This document shows, piece by piece, positions 18,800 through 27,870 of a stretch of 64,000 bases of DNA; the first letter of the stretch is position 1, and every line of letters starts with the position of its first letter. Source of the stretch: Desulfosudaceae bacterium (GTDB lineage Bacteria; Desulfobacterota; Desulfobacteria; Desulfobacterales; Desulfosudaceae); the NCBI GenBank assembly GCA_963674745.2, contig CAXXDV010000001.1:1824001-1888000 (forward strand), written 5' to 3'. The position numbers and the translations under genes are program-made. The notes beneath the pieces were generated by a model. It saw nothing but the letters and a program-made list of their open reading frames with translations. It made no database searches and was not told the DNA's origin.

Positions 18800-20080
18800 A
18801 TGAGTAACTTGATTGCGCCGCATGGCGGCAAAGGCCTGACCGTCTGCCTTCTGGAAGGCAGCGAACTGGAAGCGGAAAAGAAAAAAGCCGAAGGGCTGAA
18901 AAAAATTCCCTTAAGCCCCCGGGCCAAAGGTGACCTGATCATGATCGGTATCGGCGGTTTCAGCCCCCTGACCGGTTTTATGACCAAAGCCGACTGGAAG
19001 AGTGTTTGTGACAACTACCTTCTGGCCGATGGCACCTTCTGGCCGGTCCCTGTCTGCCTTGATGCCACCAAAGAAGATGCTGACGGCATTAAAGAGGGTG
19101 ACGAAGTCGCCCTGGTGGATCCGGAAACCGATGAGATCATGGCGACCATGAAGGTCACGGAAAAAGCCGAAATGACCGAAGCAGATAAAAAGTATGAGTG
19201 TGAAAAGGTCTTCATGGGCGAAGGCACCCCGACAGCGGAAGAGTTCTGGAAAATCGCCCAGGATGATCATCCCGGCGTCCAGATGGTCATGAGCCAGAAT
19301 CCGGTCAACCTGGCCGGTCCGGTAAAAGTCCTGTCCGAAGGTGAATATCCGGTGAAATACAAGGAAGTTTATCACCGACCGGCTGAATCCAGAGAAATAT
19401 TTGAGAAAAACGGCTGGAAAGAAGTTGCGGCGCTTCAGCTGAGAAATCCCATGCACCGCTCCCATGAGCATCTGTGCAAAATCGCGGTAGACGTCTGTGA
19501 CGGCGTTTATATTCACTCCCTGGTGGGAAACCTCAAAGCCGGCGATATTCCCGCGGAAGTTCGCGTAAGATGCATCGACGCGCTGGTGAAAAACTACTTT
19601 GTGGAAAAGAATGTTGTCCAGGGCGGCTATCCGCTGGATATGCGCTATGCCGGTCCCCGGGAAGCGCTGCTTCACGCCACCTTCCGCCAGAACTACGGCT
19701 GCTCCAGAATGATCATCGGCCGCGACCACGCCGGCGTTGGTGACTTCTATGGCATGTTCGAAGCCCAGACGATTTTCGACAAGATCCCGACCCCGTCGGA
19801 ACCCGGCAAAGCCCTGCTTTGTACGCCGCTGAAAATTGACTGGACATTTTATTGCCACAAATGCGACGGCATGGCCTCCCTGAGAACCTGTCCGCATTCC
19901 AAGGAAGACCGTGTTATGCTGTCCGGCACCATGCTGCGTAAGGGCCTGTCCGAAGGTACCCCGCTTCCCGATCATTTCGGTCGTGAAGAAGTCCTGGATA
20001 TCCTTCGCGAATATTACAGCGGCCTGACCGAAAAAGTGGAAATCAAAACCCACAAAGCGGCTACCGGTCAAGGTCAATAA
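18800..20080 (+). CDS. sat: Sulfate adenylyltransferase (dissimilatory type)
   Basis: [61 protein letters not shown]. Confidence 0.97.
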   Translation: MSNLIAPHGGKGLTVCLLEGSELEAEKKKAEGLKKIPLSPRAKGDLIMIGIGGFSPLTGFMTKADWKSVCDNYLLADGTFWPVPVCLDATKEDADGIKEGDEVALVDPETDEIMATMKVTEKAEMTEADKKYECEKVFMGEGTPTAEEFWKIAQDDHPGVQMVMSQNPVNLAGPVKVLSEGEYPVKYKEVYHRPAESREIFEKNGWKEVAALQLRNPMHRSHEHLCKIAVDVCDGVYIHSLVGNLKAGDIPAEVRVRCIDALVKNYFVEKNVVQGGYPLDMRYAGPREALLHATFRQNYGCSRMIIGRDHAGVGDFYGMFEAQTIFDKIPTPSEPGKALLCTPLKIDWTFYCHKCDGMASLRTCPHSKEDRVMLSGTMLRKGLSEGTPLPDHFGREEVLDILREYYSGLTEKVEIKTHKAATGQGQ

Positions 20081-20107
20081 ACCGCAAGTAAGAAGTAACA
20101 CACAAAT

Positions 20108-20142
20108 AGCGCTGGAGGATTATTTCCTCCAGCGCTTTTTTT
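20108..20142 (+). terminator. Rho-independent terminator of sat
   Basis: AGCGCTGGAGGA-TTATT-TCCTCCAGCGCT followed by a T run. Confidence 0.9.
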
Positions 20143-20256
20143 ATGGCTTGTTAAACACAAAATTTTTTAACAGTCAAAATTTTTACGGTAATTTGAATTT
20201 TCAGAAGGCTCATATTGTGCTAAAGTTTTGTTTCGCAATATGGGGAGCAGCAGATT

Positions 20257-20796
20257 ATGTCGGCGTGGTTGAGACGATGGCGTAGAAAACAGGAAAGCAT
20301 GAGGCATTCTCTGCGGAATACCTTTGTCCATCGTCTTCTGGGAGAACGAATTTTTCAGAAGCATTTCTGGGGGTTTGACGTTAATTCCCTGGCCGGTGGA
20401 TTTTCTCTGGGCCTTTTTGTGGCCTTTACGCCGACCATCCCGTTTCAAATGCTTTTTGCCGCGTTTGCCGCCGTCGCGTTACGCGTAAATCTCCCAATAT
20501 CTTTGATCGCCTGCTGGGTCACCAACCCTTTTACCGCCCTGCCGATTTTTCTGGCCGCCCGTCAGCTCGGCCGGTTTTTGCTGAAAGATTCCTGGCTGAC
20601 CGGATTCATCCTGGAAATATTCGGATTCGGCAGTAAAACAGGGCTGTTTATGGAAAACAGCCTGTATCTCTGGGCCGGATCCCTTATTTTCGCCATTATT
20701 GCGGCTGTGTCGGGGAATATTGCCGTTCGCATTATGTGGCGCCTGACCTACGAGGTTAAAGAAAAAATTGTCCAGCATGAAAGCAAAACCAAATGA
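20257..20796 (+). CDS. DUF2062 family membrane protein
   Basis: SLAGGFSLGLFVAFTPTIPFQM, RVNLPISLIACWVTNPFT. Confidence 0.85.
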   Translation: MSAWLRRWRRKQESMRHSLRNTFVHRLLGERIFQKHFWGFDVNSLAGGFSLGLFVAFTPTIPFQMLFAAFAAVALRVNLPISLIACWVTNPFTALPIFLAARQLGRFLLKDSWLTGFILEIFGFGSKTGLFMENSLYLWAGSLIFAIIAAVSGNIAVRIMWRLTYEVKEKIVQHESKTK

Positions 20797-20824
20797 TGAA
20801 GTGACCCACCCCTGATCTTAATTT

Positions 20825-21445
20825 ATGGATAAATTCCAGAGTTATGATGTGCTGCGAAAGCATTATCGCCTGGGCCAGGATTTTGTCATCCTGACGCGCC
20901 AAGCGGATAGCCGGCTGGCTTTAATGGCCCCGCACGGAGGCGGTATTGAGCCGGGAACAGTCGATATTGCCGACGCCATAGCCGGAAGCGACTTTACCTT
21001 TTATGCCTTTAAAGGCATCCGGAAAAGCGGCAACCGCGTCCTGCATCTTAAGAGTAACCGGTTTGACGAGCCCATGGGCGTGGCGGTTGCGGCCAGAGCC
21101 GAGATCGTCATGACGATTCACGGTTGCCAGGGGCGGGAGCAGGCCATACTGGTCGGCGGACGCCGGAGCCCTTTAAAGGAAAACATCTGCCGGTATTTGG
21201 GGCAGGCCGGATTCCAGGCACGAATTTGCACCACAAAAGGCCTTCGTGGGGTTGATCCGGAAAATATCTGTAACCGGTTCTCTACTCAGGGCGGTATCCA
21301 GCTGGAGCTGACCCGCGGCTTGCGGGAGGCCATGTTTCATCACCTGGAAAGACGCTCGTTAAGAGGAAAAACGTTGTTTTTTTTCAGTTTTATAAAAGCT
21401 GTCAGGCAACCATTGCTGGAACATATGGAGGCGTTAGAACCATAA
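20825..21445 (+). CDS. Poly-gamma-glutamate hydrolase family (DUF867/YjqB-like) protein
   Basis: MDKFQSY, APHGGGIEPGT, LHLKSNRFDEP, TIHG, NICNR, GIQLEL. Confidence 0.85.
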   Translation: MDKFQSYDVLRKHYRLGQDFVILTRQADSRLALMAPHGGGIEPGTVDIADAIAGSDFTFYAFKGIRKSGNRVLHLKSNRFDEPMGVAVAARAEIVMTIHGCQGREQAILVGGRRSPLKENICRYLGQAGFQARICTTKGLRGVDPENICNRFSTQGGIQLELTRGLREAMFHHLERRSLRGKTLFFFSFIKAVRQPLLEHMEALEP

Positions 21446-21459
21446 CGGGAGCCACGGGC

Positions 21460-21515
21460 GTAGGGGCGACCGGCGGGTCGCCCTTTCACACGGGCGACCC
21501 GCCGGTCGCCCCTAC
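21460..21515. repeat. REP doublet (REPIN-like): two inverted GTAG-REPs
   Basis: GTAGGGGCGACCGGCGGGTCGCCC (21460-21483), an 8-nt spacer, then its exact reverse complement (21492-21515). Confidence 0.92.
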
Positions 21516-21548
21516 TGGATCCGGGCTCACGTGGGAGAAGAACCCAAA

Positions 21549-22274
21549 ATGAAAACAGTTAAAGAGGAGAGAACGGGCCTGGCCTGGCCGCCGCTGCTGG
21601 CCGGTACGCTGGTTAAGCGCTATAAACGGTTTCTGGCCGATGTGAGGTTGAAAAACAATCATGTGGTCACCGCCCACTGCCCCAATTCCGGGGCCATGCT
21701 GACCTGTTCGGAACCCGGTCGGCCGGTCTATATTTCCCGCCAGGACAAGCCAGGCCGAAAACTGAAGTATACCTGGGAATTGATTGAAATGCCCGGATCT
21801 TTGGTGGGGGTAAATACCCAGGTCCCCAACCGGCTGGTGAAGCAGTCCATTGAAGCCGGACTGGTAGGGCCCCTGTCCGGGTATGAGATCGTTAAACCGG
21901 AAATCAAGGTCGGAGATCATTCCCGGCTGGATCTGATGTTAAGCGCAAAAAACCGGCCGCCCTGCTATGTGGAGATTAAAAACTGTACCCTGGTGACCGA
22001 TGGCGAGGCCTGTTTCCCGGATGCCGTTACCACCCGGGGGAGAAAACATCTCGAAGAGTTGATTGCCCTGGTTGCCGGGGGGAACCGTTGTGCCATGTTT
22101 TTTCTGATTCAGCGCATGGATGCGGCTTTTTTCAGGCCGGCCGACCATATTGACCCGGAATATGGCAAGGCCCTGAGAAAAGCGGCCAAAAAAGGTGTGG
22201 AAATACTGGCCTGGGATGTAAGCATCGACTTAGAAGTGATCGCCCTTAACCGCCCGGTTCCTTGTCAATTATAA
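21549..22274 (+). CDS. sfsA: DNA/RNA nuclease SfsA
   Basis: KRYKRFLADV, AHCPNSGAM, RKLKYTWE, SRLDLML, VEIKNCTL, FPDAVTTRGRKHL. Confidence 0.95.
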   Translation: MKTVKEERTGLAWPPLLAGTLVKRYKRFLADVRLKNNHVVTAHCPNSGAMLTCSEPGRPVYISRQDKPGRKLKYTWELIEMPGSLVGVNTQVPNRLVKQSIEAGLVGPLSGYEIVKPEIKVGDHSRLDLMLSAKNRPPCYVEIKNCTLVTDGEACFPDAVTTRGRKHLEELIALVAGGNRCAMFFLIQRMDAAFFRPADHIDPEYGKALRKAAKKGVEILAWDVSIDLEVIALNRPVPCQL

Positions 22275-22362
22275 TATCAGGTTTTCCTCATTAAAAAGCC
22301 CCGCCCCTTACTTCGTCGAGTCCTGCCCCCGCAAAGCGGGCCACCCCCACTTCTCAAACCCC

Positions 22363-22410
22363 GACCACCTAAACACTTAAACACATAACCACATAATCAC
22401 CTAAAACCTT
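22363..22410 (+). repeat. 8-mer degenerate tandem array (6 units), same family as 11148-11211
   Basis: GACCACCT AAACACTT AAACACAT AACCACAT AATCACCT AAAACCTT. Confidence 0.85.
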
Positions 22411-22476
22411 TCAGGTAAAAAAACGGCTGCGGTTACTAACATGGCTGATTTCGAATGGCCGGACGCGTAACAAATG

Positions 22477-24243
22477 CTATTCGCCGGTGTTCAGTTCCGG
22501 ATGAATTTCCAGGAACCGGTATAAGGTTGCCCGGCCCACGCCCAGCAGGCGGGCGGCTTTGGATTTGTTGTCTCCGGTTTTTTTCAGGGCGGCTTTAACG
22601 GCGGCTAAGTCCAGTTTCCGGGACGGGCCCCGCTGACCGTTGTAATTTTCCTGCTTCATCAGTTCAAGGGGCAGGTCGGCCGGCGTGATGAGATTGTCCC
22701 GACACTTGATGACCGCAAATTGAATGGCGTTCTCCAGCTCCCGGACATTGCCCGGCCACTGGTAATCCATGATTGCGGCCAGTGCTTCGTCGGACATTTC
22801 CGGTCGTTTGCCGCCGTTGCGGTTATACTCGGCGTTTAGAAAGTGGCGGACCAGCAGGGGAATATCGTTCTTACGGTTACGCAAAGGCGGCAGCATGATG
22901 GGAATGACATTAATACGGTAAAACAGGTCATCCCGGAAGTTGCCGTTTTCCACTTCCTTTTTCAAATCCTTGTTGGAGGCGCTGACAATCCGTACATCAG
23001 CGCTGAAGATTTTTTCACTGCCCACTTTTTCCAGGACGCCTTCCTGTAAAAACCGCAGCAGTTTGACCTGAACCGTTTTGGGCAGCTCCGCGATTTCATC
23101 CAGGAAGATCGTTCCCTTGTCGGCCAGCTCAAAACGTCCTTTTTTATCCCGCACGGCTCCTGAAAAAGAGCCTTTCATGTGCCCGAACAGTTCGCTTTCC
23201 ACCAACCCTTCCGGCAGGGCGCCGCAATTTATCGGGACAAACAGGTTGTCCCGGCGTGTGCTTTCGGTGTGGATGGCCCGGGCCACCAGCTCCTTGCCGG
23301 TGCCGGTCTCTCCGAAAATATGAACCGGCGCGTCATACGCGGCCAGATCCCGGATCTGCTGGAAGACCTGCTTCATGGCCGGGGTTTGCCCGATAATACC
23401 GGCAAAGCGGTGCGGACCGTTATCTTTGTTGAAACCATCACGATTCAGGTCGGTTTTATCAAACAGGGAGGCCACCACGCCCCGCATTTTACCGTCCGGC
23501 CCCCGCATCGGTACGACGGTAACGTCCAGCTCTTTTCTTTCGCCTTTAACTTCGGGCACCACGGTCGAATAACATTTCTTCTGGAACCCGGTAATTTGAT
23601 TTGTGTCGCAAAAAGAACAGTTTTCCCCGCACAACCGGGGCTGAAACACCTCATAGCAGTCTTTACCGATGGCCTCGGTAGCCGATACGCCGGTCAGCCG
23701 CTCGGCGCCGCGGGAAAAGAAGAAAATGGTTCTGTTCAGGTCATGGGCCATGACCCCTTCGGCCAGGTTGTCGATAATCCGGTCCGTGTTCTGTTTGTGC
23801 AGGAGGAAGGCGTCAAAATACCCCCGGTTGAACAGATTAAAAACCAGTTGTTGAATTTCCTTGGCTGTTTTTTGAAAGGCTTCCAGTGCGCGCGGACTTT
23901 TTTCATCGTGAACGGCCGGATCGTCCAGTCCCCAGTGAACATTGGCCGGAGAGCCGGCCACAGCCGGGCAGTCTTTTTCATATGTTATGGGTGAGCAGAG
24001 TGAGATGGCCAGGTCAAACTCGAGTGGATGAAGATCCTGGAGGTTTTTGGGGGACTGGTCAGAAAGGTCGATACCGTATTCCTTCATCACGGTAACAGCC
24101 AGGGGATGGATCTTCGTTGCCGGTTCTGTCCCGGCGCTGTATACGGCCACACCCTCAGGGGCCATTTGCCTGGCAAACCCTTCGGCTATCTGGCTTCGGG
24201 CGGAATTCCGTCTGCAGATAAATAGAACCGCACCCTTTTTCAT
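22477..24243 (-). CDS. Sigma54-dependent activator with N-terminal ArsC/LMW-phosphatase domain, PAS, AAA+ and Fis HTH
   Basis: VLFICRRNSARSQIAEG (CX5R), HWGLDDP; PAS; GETGTGKE, ESELFGHMKGSFSGA, FLDEI, WPGNVREL, AARLLGVGRATLYR. Confidence 0.92.
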   Translation of the reverse strand: MKKGAVLFICRRNSARSQIAEGFARQMAPEGVAVYSAGTEPATKIHPLAVTVMKEYGIDLSDQSPKNLQDLHPLEFDLAISLCSPITYEKDCPAVAGSPANVHWGLDDPAVHDEKSPRALEAFQKTAKEIQQLVFNLFNRGYFDAFLLHKQNTDRIIDNLAEGVMAHDLNRTIFFFSRGAERLTGVSATEAIGKDCYEVFQPRLCGENCSFCDTNQITGFQKKCYSTVVPEVKGERKELDVTVVPMRGPDGKMRGVVASLFDKTDLNRDGFNKDNGPHRFAGIIGQTPAMKQVFQQIRDLAAYDAPVHIFGETGTGKELVARAIHTESTRRDNLFVPINCGALPEGLVESELFGHMKGSFSGAVRDKKGRFELADKGTIFLDEIAELPKTVQVKLLRFLQEGVLEKVGSEKIFSADVRIVSASNKDLKKEVENGNFRDDLFYRINVIPIMLPPLRNRKNDIPLLVRHFLNAEYNRNGGKRPEMSDEALAAIMDYQWPGNVRELENAIQFAVIKCRDNLITPADLPLELMKQENYNGQRGPSRKLDLAAVKAALKKTGDNKSKAARLLGVGRATLYRFLEIHPELNTGE

Positions 24244-24419
24244 GCCCCTGTTTTCCTTGTGATAAACCGTTTAAAACTACCTGACGAATTCGTAACAAGC
24301 TAACATTTTGAGTTTTTTAATAAGCTTTCAAAGCCCTGCTGAATTTATAAAAATATATCATTCCCGGCTTTATGTCAATAGGTTGCGGGCCCTGTCCGAA
24401 TTCGTCTTTTTTTCAAAAA

Positions 24420-24448
24420 TTGACTCAATACCCTTGACACGATATTCT
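24420..24448 (+). promoter_or_regulatory. Putative sigma70 promoter upstream of the citrate synthase leader
   Basis: TTGACT-17 nt-TATTCT. Confidence 0.45.
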
Positions 24449-24929
24449 TTTGAATTATTTTTTTTTAAAATACATATCATCAGAGTATTAACCACACATC
24501 GGTTGCATCCCTTATTTTATTGAAAGGAGGCAAACAATGTCTGGAAACAAATTCACATAAAAGATGAAAATCTGTTTGCTCTGGGAACGGGTGGCGATCC
24601 TGACACGTTAAGCACGAAAGTTTTTCCCGGAATTGACAGGACTTTGCCCGCCCACGCTTCCCCGAATAAAGAATTGAGTTAAGCATACTGGAGGATGTTT
24701 TCAGGAATACATCCTCCATATCAAGCGTATTGTCATGCCTTTCCTTGTATGACGGAACAGGTGAAAGGCGGTCGCTATGACAATAAACACAAAATACAAA
24801 AAATGGCTTTGATTGTTGCTAACGGCCTGTGCGTTGCCGGTGTGGCCCCCGGTACCGCCCTTTTCCCGGCACGCCCATGAACCCTTCAAAAAAATGGAGA
24901 AAATGCGTTTTTGAGGAGAAATTGCACCC

Positions 24930-26330
24930 GTGATGAATGAAAAGACACCAGAGATAACCCGTTTAATTCAACAGGCAGGTGAAAAAGCCAGAAAAGACTC
25001 TGCCGGAGAGCCCTCCCCGGAAACCCCTGAAAAATTAAACTGGCCCATTCAATGCACGCTTGGCCCGGGTCTGGAAGGCGCCATCGCCTGCGAAACAAAG
25101 GTGGGATATGTGAACGGCGCAAAGGGATGGCTTGTTTACAGGGGATATGACATTTTTGATCTATGTGCCAATTGCACCTTTGAAGAAGTGGCCTTTCTTC
25201 TGCTTCATGGAGACCTGCCCGGTTCCGTTGAATTGAAACAGTTCAAAAAGAAACTTCTGGATTATAAAAATATCCAGGAAACCCAGCGTCTTTTGATGAG
25301 CTTTCCGATTGAAGAAATGCACCCCATGGCCGCCTTGCGTTTCGGCGCAGGCTTGTTAAGGCAGAAACAGACCTACCGTGACAAGGATGGGGATTATTCC
25401 ATTATTCCCCAGGCAGTCACTTCTGATGATGACTCCATTGCCATGGAAACGACACCAGAAGGTTCCGCGGATGCCACTTATGTCTTTGCCCGGGAGTCCT
25501 ACAAAAAAAGAAAAGGCTTGAAAACGAACCTTTTGGGCTCGGAAGACATTGAATCCTGTTATCATTTGATCGCGGGGATAGCTGCCATAGCCGCTACTGT
25601 AGTCCGGATTCGGACCGGGAATTTGCCCCTGGAGCCGAATCCCGAACTCAGTCATGCCGGCAATCTTCTGTATATGATGACAGGCCGTAAACCCACGCCG
25701 GTTGAAGAACGGATAATGGATGTCTGTCTTATTTTGCATGCGGACCACGGCATGAATGCCAGTACGTTTGCTTCTCTGGTGGTCGCTTCCACCTTATCGG
25801 ACATTTACTTTGCGGTTGACGCCGGCATTGCCGCCTTGAGCGGACCGCTTCATGGGGGCGCCAATGAACAGGCCCTGCTCATGCTCCAGGAGATCAAAAA
25901 ACCATCGAATGTCGACAAATGGTACAAAAAAGCCATTGAGGAAAAAAGAAAGATAATGGGTATCGGGCATCGGGTTTACAAGACTTACGACCCCCGGGCC
26001 AGAATCCTCGGCCCTTTAGCAGAATATTTAGCCGACAGGAACCCGGACGTAAAACCACTGATGGCAACGGCCAAAACGCTTGAGCGAAAAATAAGCCAGG
26101 ACCTGGGGGAGCGCAAGAAACTGTTTCCCAATGTGGATTTCTATTCCGGTCTTGTCTATCATGCCATGAACATACCCCCCAACATGTTTACACCGCTTTT
26201 TGCGGTAAGCCGCGTTGCCGGCTGGACTTCAAGAATTTTGGAATACCTGGAAAAGAACCGCATATTCAGGCCGCGGGCTTACTATGTCGGCCCTTTCGAA
26301 AAAAAAGTCGCCGACAAAAAACGGGCTTGA
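24930..26330 (+). CDS. gltA: Citrate synthase (Si-type)
   Basis: GLEGAIACET, LVYRGYDI, LHADHGMNAST, GPLHGGANE, MGIGHRVYKTYDPRA, PNVDFYSG. Confidence 0.93.
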   Translation: MMNEKTPEITRLIQQAGEKARKDSAGEPSPETPEKLNWPIQCTLGPGLEGAIACETKVGYVNGAKGWLVYRGYDIFDLCANCTFEEVAFLLLHGDLPGSVELKQFKKKLLDYKNIQETQRLLMSFPIEEMHPMAALRFGAGLLRQKQTYRDKDGDYSIIPQAVTSDDDSIAMETTPEGSADATYVFARESYKKRKGLKTNLLGSEDIESCYHLIAGIAAIAATVVRIRTGNLPLEPNPELSHAGNLLYMMTGRKPTPVEERIMDVCLILHADHGMNASTFASLVVASTLSDIYFAVDAGIAALSGPLHGGANEQALLMLQEIKKPSNVDKWYKKAIEEKRKIMGIGHRVYKTYDPRARILGPLAEYLADRNPDVKPLMATAKTLERKISQDLGERKKLFPNVDFYSGLVYHAMNIPPNMFTPLFAVSRVAGWTSRILEYLEKNRIFRPRAYYVGPFEKKVADKKRA

Positions 26331-26354
26331 TTTAAACTTCAGGAGGATATCTGT

Positions 26355-27056
26355 ATGGCTAAAAGCTATTACGCTGTTCTCGGCATTTCGTCAAAATCCT
26401 CGGCTGATGAAATAAAATCGGCCTATCGCCGGCTTTCCAAGGAGTTTCATCCAGATCATTACCCGGGTAATCATGATGCTTTTCTGGAAATCCAGGAAGC
26501 CTACGCCGTGCTGAGCGATGCGCAAAAAAGAAGTCAATATGAACAGCATCTAAAAAGAAGGGCTTCACCAATACCAGGGACACGACCCGTTCGTTCTGTA
26601 CCTTCTGCACCGGAACCCCTGATTCCTGAAGATCGTCCGGTTGATTTAGGCCGAATTTCACCGGTTCGGTCTTTTGAGACGTTTAAGCCGTCATTTGATG
26701 AAGTTTTTGACTGGTTGTGGCGTAACTTTTCCAGCCTGGGACAGCCGAAATCAGGACGGATACAAAACCTTACGGTTGAAGTCCCCCTGACACCGGAGCA
26801 GGCAAGAAGAGGAGGCAATACCAGGGTCATGGTGCCCGTAATGGCTGTTTGCCCGACATGCGGCGGAAGAGGCGGCGTCGGCCCTTATGATTGCTTTCGG
26901 TGCGCGGGCGAGGGGTCGATCTCCGGAGAAATGCCGGTTTCCATATCGTTCCCGGCGGGCCTGACCGGAACACATTCCGTGGCCGTTCCTTTGGGCCGTT
27001 TCGGTATAAAAAATGTTCATCTTACGGTAATGTTCAAGCCCGCAGATGCCCGGTAA
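26355..27056 (+). CDS. DnaJ-domain protein with partial zinc finger
   Basis: YYAVLG...[12 protein letters not shown]-domain; CPTCGGRG and CFRCAGEG. Confidence 0.88.
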   Translation: MAKSYYAVLGISSKSSADEIKSAYRRLSKEFHPDHYPGNHDAFLEIQEAYAVLSDAQKRSQYEQHLKRRASPIPGTRPVRSVPSAPEPLIPEDRPVDLGRISPVRSFETFKPSFDEVFDWLWRNFSSLGQPKSGRIQNLTVEVPLTPEQARRGGNTRVMVPVMAVCPTCGGRGGVGPYDCFRCAGEGSISGEMPVSISFPAGLTGTHSVAVPLGRFGIKNVHLTVMFKPADAR

Positions 27057-27447
27057 TTCGTAACCGCCACTCTTTTTCTATAGGCATGTTTTTTATCCGG
27101 TTGGCATCAATCCCCCAGTAAGTTGTTAAAAAATAATTGATCAGGCTTTTATATTATTGATGATACTGAAAACAGGAAAAAATTGCTGGCGCCTTGACCA
27201 CGCCGACAATCTGCGTTTTATCGTTGATGGGGCTGATTTAATGAGTTAGATGACCTTGAAAAATTTGCCGTAAAGCTTATTCAAAGATACCATCAGTTTC
27301 CCCCCTGGTACCTTCCTGCATTGAAGCAGTCGTGAGAAAATTTATGGACATTCTCGAAAAAATTTGCGAAAAGACACACTGAGCATAGCAATAATGTGCC
27401 AAAAGGAGCGGGCTTTCCCGCATAACTTTCAGCTTTTATGTGTATTT

Positions 27448-27523
27448 GCCCCCGTAGCTCAGTGGATAGAGCAATGGATTCCTAATCCATGTGCCGCAAG
27501 TTCGATTCTTGCCGGGGGCACCA
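27448..27523 (+). tRNA. tRNA-Arg (anticodon CCT), CCA encoded
   Basis: GCCCCCG acceptor stem, TAGCTCAGTGGATAGAGC D-arm, ATGGA-TTCCTAA-TCCAT anticodon arm, GTTCGATTC T-loop, CGGGGGC-A-CCA; 76 nt. Confidence 0.97.
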
Positions 27524-27702
27524 ATAAAATCAGTGCGTTGTCCGGAAAAAATAAAACGCTATCTTCAGTTGTGTGTGAATCCATGTGTGAAAAACAAAGA
27601 TTGGTCGCGCAAAGTGACAAGAAATCAATCCACCCACGATTTTATCTTTTCTTATAAATTCATTTGTTTATAAAGTTTTAGGGTCTGAAAAAGTAGGGCT
27701 TG

Positions 27703-27739
27703 TGGATTTTTAATCCATTTGCCGCAAAGACGATTATTG
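27703..27739 (+). mobile_element. Degenerate duplicate of the tRNA-Arg anticodon arm to T-arm (att-like scar)
   Basis: TGGATTttTAATCCATtTGCCGCAAagaCGATTaTTG matches 27475-27511 at 30/37 positions, ungapped. Confidence 0.7.
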
Positions 27740-27870
27740 TTGCTATATCCATCGAATTGTCTTTCCATTTGGGCAAGCAGATAGGAATCAACGCCTTTCT
27801 CATGAGATGTCTTCAGGTAATTCTGGGAAAAAGTGGTATCGGTATATTATATTAATTATTGTCGTCACAA

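Noticed and set aside
18911..20101. 396-aa antisense ORF over sat, and the many other antisense/overlapping ORFs in the track
   Set aside because: Shadow frames of well-supported genes caused by codon bias; no RBS or recognisable motifs.
24244..24929. Sigma54 (-24/-12) promoter for the adjacent activator's target
   Set aside because: No TGGCAC-n5-TTGC-like site found in the spacer.
27061..27340. Possible pseudogene fragment after the DnaJ-domain gene
   Set aside because: Short interrupted frames with no recognisable family.
27364..27673. ORFs overlapping the tRNA
   Set aside because: The tRNA-Arg cloverleaf and att-like scar explain the region.
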